From assembly GCA_000004695.1 (NCBI GenBank), contig CM000151.3, forward strand, positions 7,808,001 through 7,872,000: a stretch of 64,000 nt of DNA. The letters run 5' to 3'. Shown one piece after another: positions 42,314-56,475 of the stretch. The stretch is from Dictyostelium discoideum. Lineage: Eukaryota. Position numbers and translations under genes: made by a program. Below the pieces are notes generated by a model. That model had not been told where the DNA came from and did no database searches. It saw nothing but the letters and a program-made list of their open reading frames with translations. Each line of letters starts with the position of its first letter. Positions within the stretch are counted from its first letter, which is position 1.

Positions 42314-42365
42314 TAATAAAAAATTAAATATATTTATAAACATATACAAAATTATTTATTTTATT

Positions 42366-42743
42366 TTATTGTTGTTGTGAATTATTAATATCTCCTTCGA
42401 GTTGGATAATAATTTTTTGAATTTCTTCATTAGTTTGAGAAGAGAAAATTGATTTATTCACATCCATTTGGTTTGGTTGAAAAAGTTTTGATAATTCTTG
42501 AGTGTATTGAATACCTTGAGGGTTTTGTGTTGGAACAGAAGTTAATAGTGGAAAGGTATTAATATCATCTTCTAAAAAATTACTATCTTGTAATTGATGA
42601 TGGTGATAGGGAGTAGAGGTTTGTTTACTTTCTTCATTTTGATTAGAATTTAATGTACTACTAATATCACTATCGCCCTCTTCATTTGTTTGACTATTAC
42701 ATTTTGATTTATCTTGATCTAAAGTTGTATCATTATTTACATT

Positions 42744-42829
<86 letters not shown>

Positions 42830-42878
42830 TGTTTTTATTATCTTTTTCATCATTATCATCATTATTATCATCATTATT

Positions 42879-42909
<31 letters not shown>

Positions 42910-43852
42910 TCATCATAAACATTTGTTTCATTAGGTAATGATTCATTTTGATCTCTATTATTAATTTTTGCAAATAATCTTTTACTACAATCTTTCCATT
43001 GTGCCAACTCTTTAAAGAGAGCATCAAGCTTTTTCAAATGTTTTTTCTTTGTTAAATCCAATTCTTGTTCATGTTCATCCATTTCCTTTTGCATTCTCTT
43101 GTCAAAGGAGACTTTAACGATTTCAGCATATTGTTTACTCTCATCGAGTTGAATTTTTAATGAACCAATTTCTTTTTCCCATTGAACCAATTTATTTTGG
43201 GATTCATTGTGTTTCATTTCAAATTCATCTACCATTTTCAAAGCTTTACAAAGTTCTGCTTGATGTTGTTCCTTTGATTTCTCCAAATCCAATTTAATTT
43301 CAGTATTTCTTTGTTGTTCAAATTTAAATTGTTGTTGTAATTGTTGACTTTGATTTTGCAATTGTTGATTTTGTTGTTGTATTTGATGGTTTTGTTGTTG
43401 TGTTTGATGATTTTGTTGTTGTAATTGTTGGTATTGTTGTTGTAATTGTTGTAATTGTTGAGTTAATTGATTTTGTTGTTGGATTTGTGGATCCACTAAG
43501 TTTTCAATTTGTTGTGGTTGTTGTTGTTGTTGTTGTGGTGGTTGCTGTTGATTGCTCTTCATACTTCTTAATAACTCATTTCTAACAACTAATGCAATAT
43601 CTTCAGCTTTTAATGCTTGTTCTTTTGGTTTTTTATCAAATTCTCCATTCAATGCGGCCTCAACATTTCTTAAACGAGTTTGGAATTTGGATGCAATGTT
43701 TTTCCAATATGATGCATCACTTGATGACGATGAATGAGTGGATGAAGATGTTGTTTTATCATTGTTGTTATGATTATTTATATTGCCACTATTACTACGA
43801 CTAGTACCATTATTATTATTATTGGTATTGGCATTGGTATTGGTATTATTTA

Positions 43853-43891
<39 letters not shown>

Positions 43892-44569
43892 TTACATTAT
43901 TTACACTATTGATATTATTCTTTGATGAATGAGTAATTTTTTCAAGTAAGGAAATCGATTCACCTGAAGAGTCAATAGATTCAACTTGGTCATTTAGACC
44001 ATCAAATATTTCATCAACAGCATTGCCATTTAGGTTTGAAGTATCAATATTTTCATTTGGTTTTTGTTTTTTTGAAATATTGGAAGAGGAGGGTTGGTTT
44101 GAGCCATTTTGATTTCTTGATTTATCTTTTGATCCAACATTTCTATTATTGTTGTTATTACTACTATTGTTGTTATTGTTATTATTATTATTGTTATTAT
44201 TATTATTAATTGGGATTGTAGTCTTAAAGTGTGCAATTGGTTTTGTTCCTTGTATTTGTTGATTTGGAAATGAAACTTTTAAGTTTGAAATCTTTGAAGT
44301 TGGAACAGATCCTGCATGGGATTCTTGTTGCACACCTGTTAACTTTTTACTCATTTCACTAACCATTTTATCCCTATTCATTAATAAATTTGTTAATTCT
44401 TCAATCTTTTTATCTTTTGATAAATTTTCTTCATTGTTATTATTGTTGCTGTTGTTATTATTATTACTATTATTATTATTGTTGTTATTGTTATTGTTAT
44501 TATTACTATTATTATTATTTATATTATTGTTATTATTGTTATTACTATTATTATTAATATTATTATTAA

Positions 44570-44635
<66 letters not shown>

Positions 44636-45083
44636 TGGAATTGTTGTTATTGGAGTTAGTGTTGCCAGTATTATTATTATTGTCATTGTTATTATTATTA
44701 TTATTATTACTGGAATTGTTGCTACTATTTTCAGATTTATTTTCTATATTGTCAGTGCTTGTAATATTAGTTGAGTCATTTAAAGGTTTATTGTGAACAA
44801 TTACTTCATAATCCATATTAGATTGGTTCAAGTAGCCAAAGTTTGGTTTTGCTTGTTCTTCATATTCATCTAAATTTAAACTTAATGATTTTGGTGAATC
44901 TGGAATTATGACATCCATAGAATCATCGCTGATGATTATCTTTTTAACTGTTTTTAAGGAAGGTGAAGTATTTGAATCTTCTGTTGGCTCTACAACTTTA
45001 TTATTATTAATTTCATTCTCAATATTTTGATTTGCTTGTTGAGGTTGTATTGGCTGAGGTGGTTGTGGTTGTTGTTGTGATGG

Positions 45084-45159
<76 letters not shown>

Positions 45160-45512
45160 AATTGTTGTTGTGGTGGTGATATTTGTTGTTGTTGTTGTTG
45201 TTGTTGAATTGGCTGTTGAATTGATTGAGGTGGTGATATTTGTTGTTGTGTTTGCTGTATTGGCTGTTGAGGCTTCGATAAAGATGGAAGAGATGGTTTT
45301 AACTGGTGACTTGGTCTATTAATATTATTATTATTATTATTATTACTACTATTATTATTCACATGCTGAGGAGCTTTTAAAGTTTGTGGTATAATTGATT
45401 TTGGTTTACTATTGCTATTATTATTATTATTATTACTATTTGAATTCATTGTTGGCTTTTTCAATGCAGAGTATGATACAATTGATTGTTGAGAGTTTGT
45501 TGACGAAAGCAT
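42366..45512 (-). CDS. Large Gln/Asn-rich protein of 1048 aa with a central coiled-coil segment; function unknown
   Basis: Single ORF. It contains poly-Q (CAA)n and poly-N tracts, an acidic DDDDDDDD run, and a coiled-coil block ...EIKLDLEKSKEQHQAELCKALKMVDEFEMKHNESQNKLVQWEKEIGSLKIQLDESKQYAEIVKVSFDKRMQKEMDEHEQELDLTKKKHLKKLDALFKELAQWKD.... Confidence 0.55.
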
Positions 45513-46120
45513 TGTCTTAAAGATATTATATTTTTAAAATAAATGTAATATCGATATTTATTTGATTGTAAACCTTTTTTTTATTTTTTTTTTTTTATTT
45601 TTTATTTTTATTTTTATTTTTATTTTTTGTTGTTATTTATTAATTAATTAATTATTTGTAGAAGGTTTAGTAGAGTAAAAAAAACATAAAGAAAGAAAAA
45701 AAGAAAAAAAAAATATTTAAGAAAAAAAAAAATAAAAATAAAAAAAAATAAAAAAAAATAAAAAATAAATTAAAAAAAAATTTTACCTTTTCTTAGAAAT
45801 CTTATTTATTTGTGAAAACAATGATTTATAGTTACATTTTTTTTTTTCTTTTTTTATTATTTTTATTATTATTTTTTATTTATTTTTATTCAAAGTACTA
45901 TTAAATTTATTATAATTCTTCTTTTATTTATTATAATTCTATTAATTAAAAAGAAAAAAAAAAAAAAAAAAAAAATAATAAAAAAAACAAATATATTTTG
46001 ATTAAAAAAAAAAAAAAAAAGAAATTAATTCCAAAACAAATAAAATATTCCCTTTATTTGAAGGACGAAATAGTTAAAAAAAATATATTTTAGAGATGTA
46101 AACACCAAAGAGTTAAAATA

Positions 46121-46164
<44 letters not shown>

Positions 46165-46254
46165 GGAATTTTTTTTTTCAATTTTTTTTTTCTTTTTTTT
46201 TTTTTTTTTTTTAATTTTATTATTATCCCACACATACAAATATACACATACATA

Positions 46255-47280
46255 ATGGCAACATTACCAAAAAGAATTATAAAGGTAATTTTATTTAAAA
46301 ACTTTATATCATTTTTTTTTTTTTTTTTATCGTAAAAAAAAAAACAACAATAGGTTCATTTAAATAATAATAATCTAAAATTAAATATATAAAAATCAAC
46401 CTTAATCACACTTGAATCATTTTAATCAAAAAAATAAAAAAAAATATAAAATATAAATATCATATTTTTCACAATTTAATTGTTATTCTAACTTTTATTT
46501 TTATTTTCATTTTTAAAAGGAAACACAAAGACTTATGACTGAACCTGGTAAGGTTTTTTTTATTTAATAATGTTTCTTTCTGTTTTGATACTAATAGAAT
46601 TTTTTTTTTTTTTTTTAATAAAATAAATAGCTCCAGGTATTAGTGCAACACCAGCAACAGATAATTTTCGTTATTTTAAAGTAGCAATTTCAGGACCATT
46701 AGATTCACCATTTGAAGGTGGTGTTTTTAATTTAGAACTTTTCCTTACAGATGACTATCCAATGTCTGCACCAAAAGTTCGTTTCCTTACTAAAATCTAT
46801 CACCCAAATATTGATAAGTTGGGTAGAATTTGTTTAGATATTTTAAAAGATAAATGGAGTCCAGCTCTTCAAATTAGAACTGTTCTCTTATCAATTCAAG
46901 CTTTATTATCAGCCCCAAATCCAGATGGTATGATTATTATTTTAAAAATAATTTACAATTACTTTATATAATTTATTAATTTATATAATAATTTATATAA
47001 TAATTTATATAATAATAATTAATAATAATTATATATAAAATTTTTGAAAAATTTCTAATTTTTTTTTTTTTTTTTTATAATTTATAGATCCATTAGCAAA
47101 TGATGTAGCTGAACATTGGAAAACCAACGAAAAAGAAGCAATGGCAAGAGGTATGATTAATACAATATATTTATTATAAATCAAAGATATCCTTTATCTA
47201 ACCTTTTTTTTTTTATTATTTAAACTTTAATAGCTAGAGAATGGACCAGATTATACGCTGAAGCACCAGTTGAAAATTAA
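46255..47280 (+). CDS. ubc13: Ubiquitin-conjugating enzyme E2 N (Ubc13) ortholog. Five exons at 46255..46284, 46520..46547, 46631..46927, 47088..47150 and 47234..47280.
   Basis: The spliced product is [10 protein letters not shown]|ETQRLMTEP|[99 protein letters not shown]|[21 protein letters not shown]|[15 protein letters not shown]. It is near-identical in order and sequence to human UBE2N (catalytic Cys in HPN...GRICLDIL). All donors are GTAAxx or GTATGA and all acceptors are (T)nAG. Phases 0/1/1/1 are consistent. Confidence 0.9.
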
Positions 47281-47698
47281 ACAAATCTTGATATAGTATT
47301 ATTCTTTTTGCGTTTTTAAAATCCTCTTGGAAATTAATATACAGCTTTTTTTAAAATTTCAAAATAGATATTATAACACCTCCCCTCAACGATACAAAAA
47401 TTACTACACCTTGTGAATAAACACCATATAAAATATAAAAGAAAAAAAAAAAAAAATCAACCAACCAACAAACCGCAATAACCATCAACCATCATCATCA
47501 CCTCTACCATTTTTTGTAATAAATAAAAAAAAAAACATTTTTTATTTTTTTTTTTTTCAATTATATTTGTTTCTAAAAAAAGAAATGATCATTTTGTTGG
47601 GAAAATCAATTGTTTTTTTTTTTTTTTTTGATTTTTCCAAATTTTTATTTTTTTATTTTTTACAATTTTTTTTTTTTTTTTTTAGTTTTAGTTCCTAA

Positions 47699-48957
47699 AT
47701 GTCAATAATAACAAAAAGTCAAATAATTATAAATAATAGTTGTAAAAGTTTGGTAAAATATATTAAAGTAGCAAATGTATCATATTTAATTGTTGATAGG
47801 GAAGACACGATATCGAATATATTAATAAATCATTATAATAACAAACCAACCAAAGAATATATAAATCAATTATTAGAAAATGGATGTATTTATCATCAAG
47901 ATTCAATAGAAGTAACCAAGACTAAAACAATTCCAAAAAGGGTTCAAATCGATAAAGTAATTAATAAAGGTTCTTTATTGAAATACTTTTTTTATCCAAG
48001 AGTTAATTCAACTGATCATATAGATTTCAAAAATTTTAATAAATACATAATCTTTGAAAATCAATATTTTTTAGTTATTGATAAACCACATGGAATCAAT
48101 GTTGGCCCAATAGTTGATCATTTACATAATAATTTTACAAGTTTTGTAAAAGATTGGTTAAAAAAGAGGAATAATAATAATGATAATAATTTAATTTTAT
48201 ATAATCCACATAATTTAGATTCTCCTACAAGAGGTTTATTTGTAATTGCAAAGGATTTTAATTTTTTAAGTAAATTTAATAAATTATTATCTGATAAAAA
48301 AGTTTCAAAAAAATATAAAGTAAGTATTTATTTATTAATTTATTTTTATTTTTTTTTTTGTAAATATTAATTAAATCCAACATTTTCCTTTTTTTTTTTT
48401 TTTTTTTTTTTTTTAAGGCATTTATTCCAATTAAAGAAAATGAAGAAAATATTGAAATTAAACCTGGAATTTATAAACATTTTATGGAAATAACAAATCA
48501 TTCACCAAAGAAATTATTTGATGAACAAAATCAAGATAATAGTTTAAAAGAATGTTTATTAAAAGTTTTAAAAGTTGAAAGAAAAGAAATTTATGTACCA
48601 TTAGGTTTAAAGGATGTATCAATTGATTTATTACAAGATGATTTACAATTTGATGATATTGGTAAAGGTGATTTTAGAAAACAAACAAAGAAATTATTAT
48701 TTAATGTAGTGGAAATTCAATTAATAACTGGTAGAACTCATCAAATTCGTGCTCAATTAAGTAAATTGGGATTTCCATTACTCTCTGATATTATGTATGG
48801 TGGTACATCATTGAATCATTTAATAACTGATGATAATGATATTAAAAATTTTGAATCTAAATATTATCCAAAAATGATTGGTTTAGTTTCATTCAATTTA
48901 TCATTTCAATGTCCAATAACAAATGAAAATTTTAATTTTAATATTTCAAATAAATAA
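47699..48957 (+). CDS. RluA-family pseudouridine synthase (probably organellar or rRNA/tRNA-modifying). Two exons at 47699..48319 and 48418..48957. 386 aa.
   Basis: Exon 1 contains ...NQYFLVIDKPHGINV... and the catalytic HNLDSPTRGLFVIAKD, which is the HRLDxxTSG motif with the catalytic Asp. It ends ...KKYK on a GTAAGT donor. Exon 2, after a (T)n-aag acceptor, contains ...IQLITGRTHQIRAQLSKLGFPLLSDIMYGG, the conserved RluA C-motif. Phase is 0/0. Confidence 0.75.
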
Positions 48958-49098
48958 ATAAATAATTAATTAATTATTATAAAATGTAATATATTTTCTA
49001 AAATATTTTATTTTATTTTTTTTATTTTTATTTTTTTTATATATTTTTAATTATTAATTTTATTATTATTATTATTTTATTATTATTTTTATTATTAT

Positions 49099-50410
49099 TT
49101 ATTTTCTAAAAACATTTGGTTGAACATAACCAATATTTGAAGTTGTTCTTTTAATTACTTCAGCAAATGTTGTAGTTTCACATTCACGATTTACCATTCT
49201 CATTTCAGGAGTTTCATACCAAAATCTATCACCAGCTCTAGTTCTAAAGAATTGTTCATAGATGATGAGATAAAAAGTTTGACCAACACAACTACCTTCC
49301 ATATGATCTTCTGCTAAACCACCGACATAAGAGTCGATATCATCTACTGATTTGTAAGCATTTTTTAAACGATTTTGAATTTGTGGATCAGAGGTGATAT
49401 CAGACCAAGTTTGAACTGGACGAAGACCTAACTGACGTCTTAATGAGTTATATGGTGGAATACCATGATCACGATTTCTTTGTAAATTTCTACTTGCTAA
49501 ATCTAAACCACCTTGACCTGGTTTACCAAATAAAAAGTTTCTTAAATCACTAATCATATAGATATCGATATTTTCTTCTTCATTGATAATTAAACCACGA
49601 ATTAATGGTTCAACACCTCTATTAAGAGCATGAGGATTGAAATAAGAGAATTTAATTGGTAATGGTTGAAGACGAGTACCATTCTCTGAATAATATTCCA
49701 TAAATGGTCCAACTTCACTATGACCAAATCTAAATGCTGTAGTTGTAAATTCATTTGAAACTTGTGCATTCACATTTGCATCGTAGCCTGTATAAGATGG
49801 GAAGGAACCTAAAGTAGTTGGTAAATATTCATCATAGGTAATCTTTTGAATTTGTTCAATTATACATGAACGTGATTGTTGGAAAACTCTTTCATCATCC
49901 CATTCTGGATGTAATCTTGCAAATTTTCTAGCTAATCTATTATGATCTCTAAGTAGTAATGTATGAATTGATAGTAATCCTGGATTTTCATTACCTCTTC
50001 TCTCACCAACACTATACAATTGATCGATTGGGAATAAATTTGCATCGTTATCCATTGGTACACCTGGGACATTCTTTGGTGGTAAATCACCAACATCTGT
50101 TACTGTCATTTTCATTTCACCACCACTTAGTGATCTTAAATTCTTACAAATCTCTTCTGAATTTCCATATAGTACATTACCATCTATATAGGATCCTAAA
50201 CTATTAATTTGTTCATAACATTTACCATCTTCATCAACTACGGTTTTACCTACATCACATGGTACTTCTGTAGCTCTAGTTCTAAAATAATTCATTGTTT
50301 TATTACCAATACATGCTGGATCAAAATATTGATCACATTTTGGTACTTTAATTGGCCATGAATTTGGTTCTGGTTTTGATAATGCCATATTATGAATTAA
50401 AAACTAAAAT

Positions 50411-50444
<34 letters not shown>

Positions 50445-50927
50445 TACAGTTTGTTAATTTTATCAAAATTTATAATAACTTACTTGACCCCACATATTAA
50501 ACATATCAGTTAAATGTTCTTTTGAACCAATATGAGTTTGTTGATCAAATATTATATTACTAATTGCTCTTGATGGTTGATTCGTTATATTTGGAAATCC
50601 ATTTTTATTAAATTTAATTGGATTTGCAAGTCTAATAAATGGAGTAAAAATTGAACCTTGTTTTGGATTTTGTTTATTATTTCCTTCACCGGTATATGAT
50701 CTAAATTCCTCTATTTTAAAAAAAAAAAAATAAATTAAGAAAAAAAAAAAAAAATGGTTAAATGATGAAAAAAAAAAAAAAATAAAAGATTGGAAACAAA
50801 TAAAATTTAATAAAAAAAAAAATATAAAAATATAAAAAAAATAAAAAAAAGGAAATTACTTACGAGAATTTGAAATAGAAACTAAAATAGTAAATATTAT
50901 AAAAAACGATATTAAATTTAATCGCAT
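49099..50927 (-). CDS. poxA: Animal-type haem peroxidase / peroxinectin with a signal peptide. Three exons at 50927..50864, 50710..50484 and 50403..49099. 531 aa.
   Basis: Exon 1 reads MRLNLISFFIIFTILVSISNS, a signal peptide, on a GTAAGT donor. Exon 2 reads QEFRSYTGEGNNKQNPKQGSIFTPFIRLANP...HLTDMFNMWGQ on a GTAAGT donor. Exon 3 reads FLIHNMALSKPEP...LLRDHNRLARKFARLHPEWDDERVFQQSRSCIIEQIQKITYDEYLPTTLG...*. The haem-peroxidase distal-His region (MWGQFLIH.M) and proximal region are present. Length 531 aa matches what I recall for D. discoideum peroxinectin A. The symbol is given with moderate confidence only. Confidence 0.8.
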
Positions 50928-52769
50928 TTTTATTTTTTAAAAAAACAATTACTTAAAATTTTTTTTATTTTTTTTATTTTTTTTTTTCTATATTAATATT
51001 AAATTTTTTTAAAAATAAAATTTTAAAAAAAAAGCAATGAAAAAGGGAATATAGTTTATTATGAGATATTATAATTTTATTTGTAATATTATTTTTAAGA
51101 ATTTTTTGGGTTTTAAGTTAAAATTTATAAAATAAAAATGATTGGCGATTTTAAGTTAAAATTTATATAATAAAAAAAAAAAAAATAAAAACTTAAATAA
51201 GAAAAAAAAAAAAAAAATTTATATTTTTTTTATTATAAATTATTTAATTTATTATTATTATTATTTATTTTTGTTATATTACTGTTTAATCTGTAAATTA
51301 TTATTATTATCTATGTTGTAGAATTATAAATAAAAAATCAGAAATTTGAATAAGGAAATTTTTCCTTTTTTTTTTTTTTTTTATAATTATTTTTATATTT
51401 TTTTTTTTTATTTTTTTTATTTTTTTTTTTTTTCTATATAAAAATAAAAAAGGGTGAATTAGTACATTGAAAAATTAATTTAAACACTTTTTTTTTTTAA
51501 AAAAAAGTCAGACCGTGGTTGTGGTAATTAATTACATACCATATCTATTCAAATTTTATATTTAGAAAAACTTGATATCTTTCATGGTAATTATAAAAAT
51601 AAAATAAAATATAACACTGTTGTCATTTTTTTAAAAAAAAAATAAAAAAAAAATAAAAAATAAAAATAAAATATATCGTTTATGTGGTGTGTTTTGTGGG
51701 TTATTATTTTATTGATTTAGACAATCTAATTTCCAAAAACGAATTTTTGGATTACATAATTTCTTATCAATCAAAATTAAAAAAAATTAAAAAAAAATAA
51801 AAAACATAAAAATTTCATCCATTAATTAAAACAAAGAAATATCTTTTAAAAAATGATTATTATTTTTTTTTTTTTTTTTTTTTTTTTGGATTGTAAATAT
51901 GATTAAAAATAAATAAAAAAAAAAATAGAATGAGGATAATTTTTAAAAAATTTCCCAAATGAAAATTATCATTTATGATTACATTGATTTAGTGTAATCA
52001 TTGAATTTGAATGCAATGATGAAGTAATTACCTAAAAAAAAAAAAAAAAAAAAAAATTATTAATTATTTATTATAAAAATAATTTGTGTCTATTAAAAAA
52101 AAAAAAAAAATAATAATAATGAAAAATATATATATATATATATATATATATTTGGATTATAATTTAATCAAATGCATACCCATACATCATATTTAATTTA
52201 CAAATATTAAATAAAAATAAAATAATATTTAATTAAAAAAAAAAAAAAAAAAAAATACCAAAATTACTAAAAAATAATAAAAAACCAAAAATAAAAATTC
52301 AATTTTTTTTAATCCTCTTTACTACTTTAAATAAAGGGAGTTTGAATATGAGTGTTGTTTTTTTTTTTTTTTTTTTAGGGTAATTACTTCATCATTTCAT
52401 TCAAAAAGTTGTAGATAATACAATATGTAATTAATTTTTTTTTTTTTTATTTTTTTTTTTTATTTTTTTTTTTTTAAATTTTTCAAAAAAAAAAATTTTC
52501 AATATCGCCACTTAATATTATTTAATTATCAAACTACACAAAAAAATAAAATAAAATAAAAAGAGATTCATTGGTAGTGGCAGTAGTAAACAAAAATCAC
52601 TCTGTTGTTATACTTTTTGTTTACATAGACACACACACACATTTTACCACAGTCTCAGACTGTAAAAAATAAAAAATAAAAAATAAAATAAATAATAATA
52701 ACACCATATTAAAGAAAATATATATAATTTAAATATAATAAGATATTTATTTTCACTGAAAATTCAAAT

Positions 52770-53876
52770 ATGGATAATAACAATAATAATAATAAAGATA
52801 TTACACTTAAAAAGTTTAAATTTATATTAAATATAATTCAAAAAAGGAAAAAATTGGTATTTTTACTATTTCTATCAATTCTTTCAATTATAATAAATAG
52901 AAAATTGATATTAAAATCTCTTTATCAATTACCATTTTTACCAAATTTCATTAAACTATTTATTCAAAAAAACTTATTATCATCAAATGATTGTAATAGT
53001 TCTGTATCAACAATAACAACAACTACAACTTTAAATAACAATAATTCAAATGAAGATATTTTAAATAGTAATAATAATAATAATAATTATAATTATAATA
53101 ATAATAATAATAATAATAATAGTAATGTTTTCTCATTTAGGTATAATAGTAATAATGGAGAAGATAGTTCAGATGAATCAAATAATAATAAAAAGAAACA
53201 ACCAAAAAAAGTATCATTAAATCAACTTTCAAGAAAAAAAGTTTGCATATCAACTATAGGTGTAATGTATCAATTTATAATAATAAAAATAATAATAATT
53301 AATAATTATTATAATAGAAATTTTTTAATTAATATTAATTTTTTTTTTTAATAGACAATTTTTAAAAAAAATGTTTATTATGAACATATTGCAGATAGAA
53401 GAGTGTGTGAATTTAAATTTATAGAATCTGAAAGAAATATATTATTGAAATTAGCAAAAGAGACAGATTTATATTTAATAACACAAACTGAAGATCTTCA
53501 AGAGGAAGATCAAGTTGCAAGACTTTTAAAACAATATGGTATAATAGATGCAGGTTTAAATCCCCACAAATCATTATATTGTTCAACTTCTCAAGGTAAA
53601 GGTCATATGTCAAGACATTTAGAAATTATATTACATATTGATGGTTCAGATATTGAAGTATTAACAATGTTAAAACCATTTGTTAAGAATTTAGTTTATA
53701 TTAATTCAAATATTAATTCAAAAACAACAACAACCACAACTACAACCACAACCACAACCACTTCTTCAAATGGTTTAACTGTATCAGTATCACCAATAAC
53801 CACTCCAAAAACTAATAGTGAACAAGGAATTTATACTGCTACTTCTCTTCACGAGTATTTCGATTATTTTAATTAA
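52770..53876 (+). CDS. Membrane-anchored protein (one N-terminal TM, poly-N linker, C-terminal globular domain), possibly peroxin Pex22-like. Two exons at 52770..53261 and 53355..53876. 337 aa.
   Basis: Exon 1 reads MDNNNNNNKDITLKKFKFILNIIQKRKKLVFLLFLSILSIIINRKLIL (TM) ... KVCISTIG on a GTAATG donor. After a (T)n-aatag acceptor, exon 2 reads TIFKKNVYYEHIADRRVCEFKFIESERNILLKLAKETDLYLITQTEDLQEEDQVARLLKQYGIIDAGLNPHKSLYCSTSQGKGHMSRHLEIILHIDG.... Its HK..YC.S..G....R.L....L block resembles, from memory, the Pex4-binding domain of yeast Pex22. The topology (N-anchor plus cytosolic domain) also fits. This assignment is speculative. Confidence 0.4.
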
Positions 53877-53957
53877 AATAAAATAAAATAAAATATAAAA
53901 AAAAAAAAAAAAAACAATTAAAAAAACAAAATAGAATAGAGTTTATTATATATGTTA

Positions 53958-54905
53958 TTACTTTTTATCTTTACTTTTACTTGTACTTCTACTTCTGTCC
54001 CTAGTAGTTTTTAATTTTTTATCTCTGCTTAAACTTCTATCTCTTTTTTTATTTGATCTATCTCTTGATCGATTTCTTTCTCTATAATTATCTCTATTTC
54101 TTTCTCTGCTTCTACTTTTACTTCTACTTCTACTTCTACTTCTTGATCTATCTCTTTCTCTTTCTCCACTTCTGTCTCTTTTAGTTTGTTTATCTCTTTT
54201 ATTATCTTTTGAACGATATCTATCTCTACTTGTACTTCTACTTCTACTTTTTGATCTATCTCTTTGTTTTCTTTCTTTTTTTTTATCATTACTTCTACTT
54301 CTACTTCTACTTCTTGATCTACTACTTGAACTATCTCTATATTTTTCTCTTTCTCTTTCTTTTTCTCTTCTTCTTTTAGATTTACTTTTTGATTTACTTT
54401 TACTTTTACTTTTACTCTTTTTTCTTTTCTTTTTTTTACGTTGATCTTCACTATCACTACTTTCTGATAATGAAGAATCCTCTGATGATGTACTAGAAAC
54501 TTCTAACAAATCGTCATAATTTATATCTTTATTTTTATTTTCATTACTATTACTATTATTATTATTATTATTAGTAGTGGAGGAGGTTGTTGTTGTTGTC
54601 GTTGTCGTCGTCGTTGAAAAATCTAATTTAACATCAGCATTACATTGAAATGTTAAATGACCATTTCCTTTGCAACGTTTACAAGTTGATCTTGAACCTT
54701 CTGATAATCCTGTCAATCTTGCTATGGCCAACATTCCTCTATAGTTATCTTGTGTTTGTTCAGTTGGTCCCGCTGTGTTGGTGGTTTTTGGTTTCACATC
54801 TTTATCATCATCTCTATCATCATCATAAGGTTGGTCTATTGATTTCCAAATGTTATGTGATTTTAAAGAATTATTACTATATAATCTATTATTATTTCTA
54901 CTCAT
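53958..54905 (-). CDS. SREK1IP1 (p18 splicing-regulatory protein)-like protein. It has a CCHC zinc knuckle and a long Arg/Ser (RS) and Lys-rich tail. 315 aa.
   Basis: ...STCKRCKGNGHLTFQCNADVKLDFS...LLEVSSTSSEDSSLSESSDSE... parallels human SREK1IP1 (GCKKCGYPGHLTFECRN...LDVSSTSSEDSD). It is followed by the (KS)n, (RS)n and RDRSRS tracts typical of SR-related proteins. Confidence 0.65.
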   Translation of the reverse strand: MSRNNNRLYSNNSLKSHNIWKSIDQPYDDDRDDDKDVKPKTTNTAGPTEQTQDNYRGMLAIARLTGLSEGSRSTCKRCKGNGHLTFQCNADVKLDFSTTTTTTTTTTSSTTNNNNNNSNSNENKNKDINYDDLLEVSSTSSEDSSLSESSDSEDQRKKKKRKKSKSKSKSKSKSKSKRRREKEREREKYRDSSSSRSRSRSRSRSNDKKKERKQRDRSKSRSRSTSRDRYRSKDNKRDKQTKRDRSGERERDRSRSRSRSRSKSRSRERNRDNYRERNRSRDRSNKKRDRSLSRDKKLKTTRDRSRSTSKSKDKK

Positions 54906-56372
54906 TAAGTATTAAATGAATTAAAAAAAAAAAAAAAAATAATAAAAAAAAAATTAAAAAATAAAAAAAAAAAAAAAGGTGAAAATTTTTTATTAATGAA
55001 AAAAATAAAAAAAAATAAAAAATAAAAAATTAAAAATTTTTAATAAAAAAAAAAAAAAAAATAAAAATAAATAAAACAAATGGATAATTTCCTTTTGTTA
55101 GTTATCTTTCATTATTTATATTTATTTATTTTAATATTTTTTAATTTCCAAAAAAAAAAAAAAAAAAAAAAAAAGTGAGAAATATTTAAGTTTTAAGGTT
55201 AAACCTTAAATAATAAAATCAAAAAAAAAAAGAAAATAAATAAAATATTAAAAAATAAAAAAATAAAAAAAATAAAAAACCAGGATTATAATCTTATATC
55301 AATCTTCGGCTTTTTTTTTTTTTAATTAAGATAAAAAATGATTATAAAAATTAAATAAAAAAAAAAAAAAAATAAAAATAAAAATAAAATAAAATAAAAA
55401 TAAAATTATAATAAAAGGCTTTTTTGACGTTTCAAAACTTGGGTTGAAAAATTTGGTGCACTTAAAACCGAAAAAATAAAAAAATTTAAAAATATATTTT
55501 TTATTTTTTTCCATTTTCAAAAGAAATCGAAATAGATTTTTTTTTTTTTTTTATTTTTTATTTTCTCTTCACAAAAAAAAAAAAAAAAAAAAAACAAACA
55601 AATAAATTCATAGTAATAATAATAATTATTTATAGTTATTATATATCTATATATTTTATTATCATATATAATTTATTTTATATATATATATTTTTTTACT
55701 CTACCAATACACCTACCTACTCCCTTTTAACAAGAGATAGATAGTGTACAATGAATTGAAAAAAAAAAGCACAAACCCCCACTTTTTAGAGCGATAAAAA
55801 AAAATAAAAGAAAAAAAAAAGTTTAATATTTTTTTTTTCCAATTATATAATAACTTTTTTTTTCCAAAATTTATAATAAAAAAAAAAAAAAAGTAATAAT
55901 CAAACCATAATAAATAAAAAAAAAAAAATAAAAAAAAAAATAATATAAAAAAACAAAAATCCAATTAAAGTATGTAGCATTTTCTTTAATTTCATAAATT
56001 AATCAGATAATATCATCATTATATTTTTTATTTTTTATTTTTTTTAAATTACAAAATTTATCCTTTATTATAATTACAAAAAGTGTTTTTTTTTTTTTTT
56101 TTTTTTTTTGTTTTGTTTTTAATTTATTTTTTATTTTTATTTTATTTTTTTTTAAAATAAATTAATTGTGTGTGTGGATAATAAAATAAAAAATTATAAA
56201 AATAATTAAAAAAATCATATTATTTATTTTTGTTATGCATTGTATCACATACTATAGTTTATTTATTTTATAACATAGAATTTTTTTTTTTTCTTTTTTT
56301 AAACCATTACCTATGTATAAATAGAATTCTTTTATCTAACTGAACTTAATATTAATTTATTAAAATATATAG

Positions 56373-56413
<41 letters not shown>

Positions 56414-56422
56414 ATTTAAAAA

Positions 56423-56431
56423 ATGGATGGA

Positions 56432-56475
<44 letters not shown>

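Noticed and set aside
44434-45322. Plus-strand poly-Leu/poly-Val ORFs 44434..44796 and 45032..45322
   Set aside because: They are antisense to the poly-N/poly-Q tracts of the 42366..45512 gene.
54029-54457. Minus-strand ORF in an alternative frame (KVKVKVN...EVEVEV)
   Set aside because: It is the same strand as the SREK1IP1-like gene but frame-shifted through its RS/KS repeat region, so it is a frame artefact of the dipeptide repeats.
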